This document shows, piece by piece, positions 50,288 through 59,430 of a DNA stretch of 64,000 nucleotides. The position numbers and the translations under genes are program-made. Below the pieces are notes generated by a model, which saw only the letters and a list, made by a program, of their open reading frames with translations, was not told where the DNA came from and ran no database searches. The DNA comes from Acidobacteriota bacterium. GTDB taxonomy: Bacteria; Acidobacteriota; UBA890; WLXD01. Within the stretch, counting starts at the first letter, position 1; each line of letters opens with the position of its first letter. Location of the stretch: positions 1,152,001-1,216,000 of the forward strand of contig CAXWPL010000005.1 of the NCBI GenBank assembly GCA_963666215.2, read 5' to 3'.

Positions 50288-50332
50288 CAAGACCGTCATC
50301 TTCATCGGCCGGCCCGCCACCGAGTGGCCGCA

Positions 50333-50479
50333 GGCGTGGGGCGAGAGGCATCTCTCGTAGCGAGGCTCGCACGTGTCGGCCGCGCATCGGCACCGCACAT
50401 CTCATCAGGCCAGACCGTCCTGATCGGCAACCTACGTCCCCGCGCGTCCCGCCCAGAGGGATGCCTCTCGCCCCACGCC
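50333..50479. repeat. REP-doublet / MITE-like element with 24-bp inverted repeats
   Basis: GGCGTGGGGCGAGAGGCATCTCTC (50333-50356) vs GAGGGATGCCTCTCGCCCCACGCC (50456-50479), 23/24 complementary; internal CGAGAG-GCAT-CTCTCG hairpin. Confidence 0.75.
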
Positions 50480-50487
50480 GTCCCCCT

Positions 50488-53400
50488 CTACTGCCGCACC
50501 CGAATCGGATACGCCGGCTTCGCCGGATCGTACGGCGGATTCGCCTCGAGCTCCGCCAAGGCGATCTCGATCGCCTTCTCGAGCTGCGGATCGCGCCCGG
50601 CAATAACGTCGGCCGGCCACTGCTCAACCTCGACATCCGGCGGTACACCGACGTTCTCCACCACGAAGCCGTCCTCGGTCCAGATGGCGAGATTCGGCGC
50701 CGTGATCACGCCGCCGTCCATCAGCACGGGGAAGCCGAGCGTGCCCACCAGGCCGCCCCACGTTCGCTTGCCCACGAGAGTCCCGAGCTCCAGCTTGTGG
50801 AACATCCAGGGAAGCAGGTCGCCGCCCGAGCCCGCCGTCTCATCGATCAGCATGACCTTGGGGCCCTGGATCGAGTGCACGGGCGTCTTGAAGTCCTGTC
50901 CGTAGCGGGTCGCCCAATGGCTGATGTAGGGACGGCGCAGCAGGTCGATGTAGTAGTCGGCCACCTGGCCGCCGCCGTTGAAGAACTCGTCGACGATGAT
51001 CGCGTCTTTGTGTGCCTGCGGGAAGAAATAGCGCTTGAAGTAAGTGTGGCCGAGCCCGGCCGTGTTGGGCACGTAGACGTAGGCAACGCGTCCGTTTGTA
51101 GCGGCGTCGACCTTGGCGATGTTGCCCTCCACCCAGTCACGATTTCGCAGTGCCACCTCCGACGCGATCGGAACCACCTGCGCGGTGCGCGAGCCCTCGT
51201 AGGTGGGGTTGGGGCCAAGTGTGATCTCGACGATCTGGTCGGTTGTGTTCTCAAAGCGCGAGTGCGGATTCTCGGCAGACGTCAGGTCGAGGCCATTGAC
51301 GGCCAAGAGGTACTCGCCGGCGACAGCGTCCACCCCCGGCTCTGTTAGAGGAGCCCGGAGCTCGGGGTTCCAGTTGAGGCCGCCGAAGACCTTGGCGAAG
51401 CGGTAGCGCCCGTTCGCGACCTCGTAGTCGGCGCCAAGAAGACCACCGGGAATCCGGTCGGCCTGCACCAACGTGTCGCCGCCACCGTTGCGGTGATGGC
51501 CAACCGACAGCTCCGACGACATCCACTGGAGGACGCGATTCAGATCGCCGCGCGTTGTGAGGTGGTCGAGGAACTCGGAGTACTTCTCGCCCATCGCGTC
51601 CCAGTCGGCACCGTGGAAGTTCGGGTCGTAGAAGTAGTCGCGGTTGATCCGCCAGGCTTCGCGATAGATCTGCTGCCACTCGGCAACTGGGTCGATGCGC
51701 ACTCGCACCGCGTCGACGTCGAGCTTGCCCTTGCTCGGATCGATCTCGCCGCTGGAGCCGGCGATCACCCAAGTGCCGCCAGGCATGACGGCCAGAAGCT
51801 TGTTACCGTCGGCCGAAAGCTCGTAACCCAACACGCCGTCGGCGAGCGTCGTCTCCTCGCGCGAGCCGAGGTCGTACTTCCGCAAGCTGCCCGGACCGAA
51901 GCCCCCGAAGCCGCCCGCTGCATCGCGCCTCAGGTAATAAATCTGCCCATCGGCACCGGCCTCGAGGCTGTCGTAGCCGGCAGCGTCGAGCGGCATCGCG
52001 ACGATGCGCTGGTCGAGGTGATCGAAGTCGATGATGAGTGGCTGGCCGCCGGACTCCTCCCCAGGACTCTCCTCCTCCAGGTCGGCCGCGTCGGAAGTAT
52101 CGCCCGCATCACCGGCCGAGGGTTCGTCGACAACCACTTCCTCGTCGCTCTCGGCTTTGAACGGTGAGTCGACGCCCTTCTGCAGAACGGCCACATAGAT
52201 GTTGTTGGTGGCCTGCATGTCGGCGTTCGACATCGCGAACCACTGCCGCACCGGACCGGCATCGGTCGAGCTGATGAAGTAGAGGTACTTGCCGGAACCA
52301 TCGAAGACCGGGGAGTAGGCGTCGGACAGCCCATCGGTTACCGGGTAGGAACGGTTTTCCGCGAGCGAGTACACCCAGACGCGCCGGAAATCAGCTTCGG
52401 TGGCCTGCGTGTAGGCGATCCAACCCGAGTCGGACGACCAGCTGCCCGAGATCGTCTTGAAGGGTCCGTAGTACGGCTCGGTGGCGAGCTTGCGCGTGGT
52501 GCCGGACTCGACGTCGACAAGAAACAGGCCCCACGAGTTGTCGGTGTAGGCAATGTGCTTCGAATCGGGCGACCAGTGGATGTCCTCGTAAAACCCGGCG
52601 CCGTCGACGGCGATCGAGCGCCGCTCTTCGGCGCCCATCTGATCGATGATGCGCAACTGGTACTCGCCGCCCTCGTCGGAGAACCAGGCGATCGACTTAC
52701 CGTCGGGCGACCACGCCGGCGAACGATCGTGAACGTCTGCAGATCGCGTCAAATTGCGCGGCGTGCCCTTTTCGGCCGGCACGGTGATGATCTCGCCACG
52801 GAACTCGACCACAGCGCGGGAGCCGCTCGGCGAGATGTCGCCGTTGCGAATGTATTGGCTGCCGCTGACCCAGCGGGGGCGGCGCTCGATGAGATCAGCC
52901 GGCACACCAATCGCCAGCCTGCTCCCCATCGTCGTGTCGGTGGCCGGGTCGTAGCGATACAGCCAGCCAGCTTGCTCGTAGACGATCTCGCTGACGCTCG
53001 ATGAGGCGCTGAGCACCGGGAAGTCGGCGTGAGCGGTGCGCTGGCTGACCTGGCTCGAGCTCGGATCGAACGAGAAGACATTGAACTCACCGTTGCGGTC
53101 GGAGCGGAAGTAGAGCGTTTCGCCGATCCACATCGGGTCGGTGTCGTTGCTGCGGCCCTCGGGCTGCGGAACCTGTTGAACAGAGCTGTCGGCGACGTCG
53201 TAAATCCAGATTCTGCTGACGGTGCCGCCACGGTAGTTCTTCCACTGGTTCATGCGCTCGCCCAGAGGCGTGTAGGCGATCTTGGAGCCGTCGGGCGAGT
53301 AGGCGGCCTTCCATGCGTTCGGTATCGGAAGCTTGTCGGGCATGCCGCCATCCACGCTCACCGTGAAGAGCTGGAAGTAGCGGTTTGTATGGACAGAGCG

Positions 53401-53832
53401 CTGCGAGCCGAACAGCACCGCGGAGCCGTCGGGCGTGAAGTCGCGGACGATGTCGGCGCCCGGATGCCAGGTCAGCCGCCGCGGCTCACCGCCTCCGGTG
53501 GGCACCACAAAAACATCGGTGTTGCCGTCGTACTCGCCCGAGAACGCGATCCACCCGCCGTCGGGAGAGAACACCGGCAAAGACTCCGAACCGGCGTGTG
53601 TGGTCAACCGTCGGACATCCGACCCGTCGAGACGCACGCTCCACAGGTCGCCGGCGTAGTTGAACGCGACGTGCGTGGCGCTGATTGCCGGCTGCGACAG
53701 CATGCGCGTGTCGGCGGGATCGGGCGCCGGGGTTCCCGGCAAGATCGGGGAGGCGGTCGCCAGCCCGCTGGCTACGGCAACGAGTGTGACGGCGGCCAAC
53801 AGGCGGAACTGGGCGGTTCTGAACATGTGCAC
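50488..53832 (-). CDS. Tricorn protease-like S41 peptidase (PD40 propellers, PDZ), secreted
   Basis: PVFSPDG repeats, NYRGG, W.QIY.EAWR..RD.FYD, ELSVGH, AGSGGD, GKRTWGG, ENVGV.PD. Confidence 0.95.
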   Translation of the reverse strand: MHMFRTAQFRLLAAVTLVAVASGLATASPILPGTPAPDPADTRMLSQPAISATHVAFNYAGDLWSVRLDGSDVRRLTTHAGSESLPVFSPDGGWIAFSGEYDGNTDVFVVPTGGGEPRRLTWHPGADIVRDFTPDGSAVLFGSQRSVHTNRYFQLFTVSVDGGMPDKLPIPNAWKAAYSPDGSKIAYTPLGERMNQWKNYRGGTVSRIWIYDVADSSVQQVPQPEGRSNDTDPMWIGETLYFRSDRNGEFNVFSFDPSSSQVSQRTAHADFPVLSASSSVSEIVYEQAGWLYRYDPATDTTMGSRLAIGVPADLIERRPRWVSGSQYIRNGDISPSGSRAVVEFRGEIITVPAEKGTPRNLTRSADVHDRSPAWSPDGKSIAWFSDEGGEYQLRIIDQMGAEERRSIAVDGAGFYEDIHWSPDSKHIAYTDNSWGLFLVDVESGTTRKLATEPYYGPFKTISGSWSSDSGWIAYTQATEADFRRVWVYSLAENRSYPVTDGLSDAYSPVFDGSGKYLYFISSTDAGPVRQWFAMSNADMQATNNIYVAVLQKGVDSPFKAESDEEVVVDEPSAGDAGDTSDAADLEEESPGEESGGQPLIIDFDHLDQRIVAMPLDAAGYDSLEAGADGQIYYLRRDAAGGFGGFGPGSLRKYDLGSREETTLADGVLGYELSADGNKLLAVMPGGTWVIAGSSGEIDPSKGKLDVDAVRVRIDPVAEWQQIYREAWRINRDYFYDPNFHGADWDAMGEKYSEFLDHLTTRGDLNRVLQWMSSELSVGHHRNGGGDTLVQADRIPGGLLGADYEVANGRYRFAKVFGGLNWNPELRAPLTEPGVDAVAGEYLLAVNGLDLTSAENPHSRFENTTDQIVEITLGPNPTYEGSRTAQVVPIASEVALRNRDWVEGNIAKVDAATNGRVAYVYVPNTAGLGHTYFKRYFFPQAHKDAIIVDEFFNGGGQVADYYIDLLRRPYISHWATRYGQDFKTPVHSIQGPKVMLIDETAGSGGDLLPWMFHKLELGTLVGKRTWGGLVGTLGFPVLMDGGVITAPNLAIWTEDGFVVENVGVPPDVEVEQWPADVIAGRDPQLEKAIEIALAELEANPPYDPAKPAYPIRVRQ

Positions 53833-53970
53833 CTCGAGTGTGGGGAAGCCTGAGAATCGATTGGTCGGTCACGGGATGGACCTCCGCGTGGCAGCAACAC
53901 CGGGAGATCACCCCGACGAAAACCTGCGAGCCCGGTCGGCCGCCAGCCGCGCGGCCGCGGTCGCGTTGCG

Positions 53971-54531
53971 TCAGTCCGGGCGCAGCCGATCGGCGAACTT
54001 GGCGCGGAGCTTGGCGAGCTTGGGCTCGATCACGACCTGACAGTACGGCTGCGATGTATTCCGGCGGTAGTACTCCTGGTGGTACTCCTCGCCCGGGTAG
54101 TAGTCCTCCAGCTCGGTCACCTCGGTGACGATCGGATCGGGCCAGATCGACTGTTCGTCGAGCTCGACGAGCAGCTCCTGGGCAATCCGGCGCTGCTCGT
54201 CGGAGTGGGTGAAGATCGCCGAACGGTACTGTGTGCCGCTGTCGGCGCCCTGACGATTCAGCGTCGTCGGATCGTGAACGGTGAAGAAGATCTCGAGGAT
54301 CTCGCGGTAGCTGATCTCGTGCGGCAAGAACTCGACCTGAATCACCTCGGCATGACCGGTTGTACCCGCGCAGACGGCCCGATAGGTCGGATCGACCACG
54401 TGGCCTCCGGTGTAGCCGGATTCGACGCGCTCAACTCCCTGGAGGCGCTCGAACACGGCCTCGACACACCAGAAGCAGCCACCTCCCAGCGTCGCGATCT
54501 CGGTACCCGCGTTGTTCTCTGTGGTGCTCAT
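53971..54531 (-). CDS. msrA: Peptide-methionine (S)-S-oxide reductase
   Basis: GGGCFWC, GYTGG, GHAE, HDPT..NRQG.D.GTQYRS, EEYHQ.Y. Confidence 0.97.
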   Translation of the reverse strand: MSTTENNAGTEIATLGGGCFWCVEAVFERLQGVERVESGYTGGHVVDPTYRAVCAGTTGHAEVIQVEFLPHEISYREILEIFFTVHDPTTLNRQGADSGTQYRSAIFTHSDEQRRIAQELLVELDEQSIWPDPIVTEVTELEDYYPGEEYHQEYYRRNTSQPYCQVVIEPKLAKLRAKFADRLRPD

Positions 54532-54576
54532 CTCAGCCTCCGCTGGAGAATGCTGGTGGGGGCAGGCGGCGCGCCC

Positions 54577-55706
54577 TCAAAACGTCTCGACCAGCCGATC
54601 GATGTCTGATCTCGTGTTGTACCAGTGCGGCGAGATCCTCAGTCCCCCCCCGCGCACCGAGGCCAGTATGCCGCGACGTTGCAGGTCGGCTTCGACCGAG
54701 TCGGGATCGGCTGGGCGCGCCATCACGATGCCAGCACGGCGCGACTCATCGATTGGAGTCTGGAATCGAACGCCCTTCTCGGCAAGGCGCTCCAGGAGAT
54801 AGCCGCCCAGATCCAGCACGCGACGCTCGACGTGCTCCATGCCGATGGTTCGAGCGAGCTCGATCGCGGCTCCGAGCGTGAACGCCCCGGCAAACGGCGG
54901 GTGCCCGAGCTCGAGCGCAGAAGCGGCCGGAGTGATGTCGAGCCGATCCGACACCAGCGCGTAGGGATCCCGGGCGCTGCGCCAGCCAACGGCTGGATGA
55001 GATGCGGCGCGCGCGTGCTTGCGGTTGACGTAGAGGTAGCCAACGCCGTAGCCGGCATTGAGCCACTTGTAGCCGCTGCTGACGGCATAGTCGACAGAGC
55101 TCTCGGACAGATCAAGCCGCACCGCACCGCAGCCCTGCGTGACATCAACAACGAGCGTGATGTCGCGTGCCCGACAGACTTCCGCCAGCTCGTCGAGGCG
55201 GTAACGGTAGCCGCCGCTGTAGTGAACCCAGCCGATGGCCAGCACCCTGGTTTCCGCAGCCAGCCCGGAGGCCAGCGCATCGATCTCCACACCCCCATGG
55301 CCGGCGGTATCGGGTTCGATGAAGTCGACGTCGAACCCGAGCTGCTGCCAAGGCAGCGTCACCGAAGGGAAATCGCCGCGCACCAAAGACACGCGGCAAG
55401 CGCCGTGCTCGCGGTACAACCGATGAGCAATCAGGTTGAGGCCCACCGAGGCGTTGGCGATGAACGACAGCTCGTCGCGATGGCATCCCAGATGAGTGGC
55501 AATCGAGCCGCGTATGTCCTCGATGCGCGCGAGCCATGCGTCCCAGTGAACGTCCCCGTCGCGACAAGTCGATTCGTAGTACTCGGCGCCGGCAGCGGCT
55601 GCTGCCCGCGACATCGGGCCTCCGGCGGCGGTGGATAGGTAAACCGAGGCCTCGACCGCGGGGAACTCCGCCCGCAGGCGCTGAGGCGCTGCCAGTCAGC
55701 TGTCAT
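54577..55706 (-). pseudogene. Class V aminotransferase / cysteine desulfurase-like, frameshifted by an 8-bp tandem duplication at 55676-55691
   Basis: DFPS, VVDVTQ, SSGYKWL, LRISPH.YNT; removing one AGGCGCTG copy restores MTADWQRLRAEFPAV..SVYLSTAAGGP; ATGA overlap with nitrilase stop. Confidence 0.88.
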
Positions 55707-56722
55707 ACGTCGACGACGTTGCTGAGCGCACGCGTGTTGACCTCGAGACGGAAAACGTCGGGCCGCGAGTAGTGACCGTCGCTGTCGAGGTACATGCGAC
55801 CCTCGTCGATCAGTGCGGGGTCGACATCGCCGTAGACGATGGTCTCGGCCGATGCAGCATGCCCGTCTTCGGCGAACGCCGGGCCGGCGACGAAGCTGAT
55901 GTCGGGCGCGATCAAACAGCTGCCGCCGCGCAGCAGGAGCGTGTCGTCTTCGCCCTCGATCGACTCCAGCATGGCGCGGGCCTCGCCCTCGTTCGCGGCC
56001 TCCTGGAGCGAGTCGAATCCGGCCAGCACTTGGCCCTTGGTCATGACACACCCGGAGGCCGCCACGAAGCACTGTCCCTCGAAAGCGTACTGACGACTGC
56101 AAACCTGATGCAGCTCACGAACCCACGGCCATTGCGCGATGTGCAAGGTCTCGCGCTTGGCATGCATCGCAGCGCGCGCAAGCGGCATCCAGTGCTCCCA
56201 GCAGACCAGCGATCCGATGACCCCCTCCTGGGTCTCGAGAGCCGTCAGAGTGCTCCCGTCTCCCTGGCCCCACACCAATCGTTCGGTGTACGTCGGCGTG
56301 AGCTTGCGGTGCAGCACATAGTCCTCGCCGTTCGCAGCGAAGGTCACGACCGTGTTGTAGAGCGTCCCGCCGCGGTGCTCATGCGCGCCGATGACAACCA
56401 CGACGCCGGCCTCTCCGGCCGCGGCGCGCAGTCGATCAAAGTGTGGCGACGGGATCTCGAGCGAGTTGCGAGACAGCAACCGGTACAGAGCCTTGGCGCC
56501 GGGATGATCCCAGATCGCCGCTCGCGGCGCCGCGTCGATCCAAACCGGATATCCGGGAAGCCACGTCTCGCCAAACACCACGACACGCGCACCGTTCGAC
56601 GCCGCTTCTGCCACCAAATCGACAGCGCGGGCGACAGTAGCATCAAGGTTCAGAAAAATCGGCGCGTCCTGCACCAGGGCGACGGTAAACCGATTCTTGG
56701 AGTGCATGGCCGTCTGATTCAT
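55703..56722 (-). CDS. Nitrilase (carbon-nitrogen hydrolase branch 1)
   Basis: E-K-C triad in FGETWLPGYP, HRKL.PT..ER.VWG.GDG, CWEH..PL.R; D..GHYSRPD. Confidence 0.92.
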   Translation of the reverse strand: MNQTAMHSKNRFTVALVQDAPIFLNLDATVARAVDLVAEAASNGARVVVFGETWLPGYPVWIDAAPRAAIWDHPGAKALYRLLSRNSLEIPSPHFDRLRAAAGEAGVVVVIGAHEHRGGTLYNTVVTFAANGEDYVLHRKLTPTYTERLVWGQGDGSTLTALETQEGVIGSLVCWEHWMPLARAAMHAKRETLHIAQWPWVRELHQVCSRQYAFEGQCFVAASGCVMTKGQVLAGFDSLQEAANEGEARAMLESIEGEDDTLLLRGGSCLIAPDISFVAGPAFAEDGHAASAETIVYGDVDPALIDEGRMYLDSDGHYSRPDVFRLEVNTRALSNVVDV

Positions 56723-56874
56723 TCAGAGACGTTTCAGGATTCAACAGAGTATGCCCGGAAGGCAGCCAGGTCGACGATCATCGCGGGCGCCGAGAGAACG
56801 ACGAGCGGAGCTGATCACCGCGTGAACGGTGTTCAGTCCCATCCGGCGAACGTGTGGTGGCGCGGGCGGAAACC

Positions 56875-58101
56875 TCAGAGACTATCGAGAGACGATCGAG
56901 AGACGATCGACGGCCCATCGACGGTCGCTCGGTAGGATCCAGGGTCGGTGTCGCCTTCGGTAGAGAAGGCCAGAACGCGCGACTGCCGATCGAGGTCGAG
57001 ACTCCGCCCATGCTGCAATTCGGGTGTCGTGGGCAGCAACACCAAGCAACCCACGCCCACCGCGCCGGATTCTCCGGAGACGATCCTGGGATCGTCTGCA
57101 CCGCTCTCGGCAGCGGCCTGGGCGTCACGCCCCGCCAAGCGCCGCATTCCGCTCCGAGAAACCTCGTCGGAGCAGGTAACAAAATCATCCGCCGTCGCTT
57201 TCAAGATGCGCCAGCCGAGATGACTGACCTCGCCACAGCACAGGCACGCCATAGACGACTCGGGACTCTCCAGGCGTGGGGGTGGCGCGTCAACGTCGAT
57301 CGAACGGCCGGCCGCGGCGGACTCGAGCGCCGACTCCAGTGCGGCCATGGCGCACGCGGCTCCCTCCGGCTCCACAACAACAATCCGTGGACGCCTGTCT
57401 CCGAAGCGCGCCGCCAGATGTCCGGCGATGGCGCCAGCGAAGGAGCCGACGCCACACTGCAGCAGGACGTGTGTCGGTTCGCCGAGCCGCCCCGCGGCCA
57501 GCTGGCTTGCCTGCTCGAGCGCCTCGTCGATCATCGTCAGGTAGCCCTGCATGATCAGCAGCGGAACCTCCTCGTACCCGGGCCAGGAGCTGTCCTGAAC
57601 CAGTACGCACTCCTCCCCGCCTGCCTCGGCGACGCGCACCGCGTGCTCGACGGCCATCTCGTAGGTGCCTTCGACACGCTCCACACGCGCGCCGAAGCCC
57701 GCGATGGCCTCGAGACGGGCGGCGGCGGTGTACGCGGGCAAGCAGACGACGGCAGCGTGCCCCAGGCGCTGCGCCGCCCAGGCGACCGCGCGCCCATGGT
57801 TACCGGCCGAGGCGGCAACAAGCGTCAGGCGCTTGCCCGGTCGCTCGCGAGCCAGGTGGTGAATCGCGTAGCTGGTGCCGAGTCCTTTGAACGCGTTGAG
57901 CCCGAAGCGGAACGACTCGTCCTTGACCCAGAGGGCGCCGAGCCCCAGCTCATCGGCGAGCCCCGGCAACTCGACCAGCGGCGTGGGTGCGTAGCCCTCG
58001 ATCGCCGCGTGGAAGGCGCGCGCGCGCTTCGTTGCCAACGAATCGAACGTCGACAAATCCGGCTGCTGTCGGCCGGCGAACGGATTGGCGAGGTGACGCA
58101 T
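56875..58101 (-). CDS. dpaL: Diaminopropionate ammonia-lyase family PLP enzyme
   Basis: Y.PTPL..L..LA..LG, KDES.RFGLNAFK.LG, GNHGRAVAW, VQDSSW.GY, IMQGY.T, Q.GVGS.A, SGESGA, STEGDTDP. Confidence 0.88.
   Translation of the reverse strand: MRHLANPFAGRQQPDLSTFDSLATKRARAFHAAIEGYAPTPLVELPGLADELGLGALWVKDESFRFGLNAFKGLGTSYAIHHLARERPGKRLTLVAASAGNHGRAVAWAAQRLGHAAVVCLPAYTAAARLEAIAGFGARVERVEGTYEMAVEHAVRVAEAGGEECVLVQDSSWPGYEEVPLLIMQGYLTMIDEALEQASQLAAGRLGEPTHVLLQCGVGSFAGAIAGHLAARFGDRRPRIVVVEPEGAACAMAALESALESAAAGRSIDVDAPPPRLESPESSMACLCCGEVSHLGWRILKATADDFVTCSDEVSRSGMRRLAGRDAQAAAESGADDPRIVSGESGAVGVGCLVLLPTTPELQHGRSLDLDRQSRVLAFSTEGDTDPGSYRATVDGPSIVSRSSLDSL
56878..56910. repeat. 3 x 11-bp tandem repeat (GAGAC[T/G]ATCGA) in the 3' end of the DAP ammonia-lyase gene
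   Basis: gagactatcga-gagacgatcga-gagacgatcga, followed by a degenerate cggcccatcga. Confidence 0.8.
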
Positions 58102-58137
58102 TCTTCGTGAGAGCTGTCGGTTCCGCTTCAGGGCTAC

Positions 58138-59346
58138 CTAGGCGGTGGGCGCGTCGTCGCGAACCGGGACGTCCCAAATCTCGCCGAGCACGCGGATGAA
58201 GTTGCCGCCAAGAATGCCAACGATGTCGTCGTCGCTGTAGCCACGGCGAATGAGCCCATCGGTGAGATCGAAGCAGCGCAGCGGGTGGTCAACGCCTTCG
58301 ATGTCGATCTTGTCGCGGAAAGCGTAGGTGTCTTTGTAGGCCGCCTTGAGGCTCTCGTAGACCTGCGGATCCATGTCGTCGTAGCCGTCGAGGTCGATGT
58401 CGCTGCCCAGGCCGACGTGCTCCACGCCCACGAGCTGAGCCACGTGGTCGTAGTGGTCGAGCATGTGTTCGATGGTCGTCGGCTCGCTATGGAAAACGAA
58501 GTTGCGCACGCCGGTGATCCCCATCACGCCGCCGCTGGCACCCATCTTGAGGATGGCCTCGTCGGTCTTGGTGCGCGGGTGGCCGTTGACAAAGACGCGG
58601 CAATTGGAGTGCGTGATCAGCACCGGCTTGTTTGAAAGATCAAAGGCATCGAGCGTGGTCTGGTCGCCGCAATGTGAAGTGTCGACCGCGATACCCACCT
58701 CGTTCATGCGCGCGATAACGGCGACGCCCCAGTCGCTGATGCCTCCGTCGACGCGCTCGGTGGAACCGTTGCCGATGCGGTTGCGCGAGTTGTAGGTGAG
58801 CTGCGAGACCCTTTGACCGAGGCTCCAGAACTGGTTGACGGCGTCGAGCTGCCGGGTGAAGTGGTTCGAGTTCTGGATTCCGAGAAGCACGCCGATACGC
58901 TTCGACTCCTTGGCACGCGCGAAGTCGTCGGCGGAGTCGATGCGCATGAACCAGTCGGGATGCGCCGCAATCAGCCCGTTGTTGGCACCGATGTAGCCGG
59001 AGACCTCGAGCTCGGGAGTCGAGTAGCCGCCTACCCCGACCGCCGCGTGAAACACGCTGATCCCCGAAGACATGAAGCGGTCGTAGTCGCGCTCGGTGAA
59101 CGTGGACGGATCACGCAGCCAGTCGCTGCCGCTGACTACGTCCAGATTGAGCGGCGAAAGCATGTCGACAACAATCGCCCGCTCCATGATCTGGAGGGCG
59201 CGCGATGTGTACTCGGCACCGCCGGCGACGAGGCGATGACGTCGCCGATGCACCGCTGGAGCCGCCGCCGCGAGCGCTGCAGGAAGATTGACGGCGGCTG
59301 CCGCAGCCAGGCCAGTCTTCAACACGTGCCGTCGGGTACTCGTCAT
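58138..59346 (-). CDS. Membrane dipeptidase (M19) family, Tat-exported
   Basis: TRRHVLK Tat motif, QLTYN..N, MNEVGI.VD.SH, THSN, HVGLGSD, ILGGNF.RV. Confidence 0.9.
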   Translation of the reverse strand: MTSTRRHVLKTGLAAAAAVNLPAALAAAAPAVHRRRHRLVAGGAEYTSRALQIMERAIVVDMLSPLNLDVVSGSDWLRDPSTFTERDYDRFMSSGISVFHAAVGVGGYSTPELEVSGYIGANNGLIAAHPDWFMRIDSADDFARAKESKRIGVLLGIQNSNHFTRQLDAVNQFWSLGQRVSQLTYNSRNRIGNGSTERVDGGISDWGVAVIARMNEVGIAVDTSHCGDQTTLDAFDLSNKPVLITHSNCRVFVNGHPRTKTDEAILKMGASGGVMGITGVRNFVFHSEPTTIEHMLDHYDHVAQLVGVEHVGLGSDIDLDGYDDMDPQVYESLKAAYKDTYAFRDKIDIEGVDHPLRCFDLTDGLIRRGYSDDDIVGILGGNFIRVLGEIWDVPVRDDAPTA

Positions 59347-59430
59347 TCGGTCAGGGTCCTTGAAAAGATCATCGGAAGAGCCTCAACTTAGAGATCGGGA
59401 TTTGAAAGGTCGGGATCGGTCGATGAAGAG

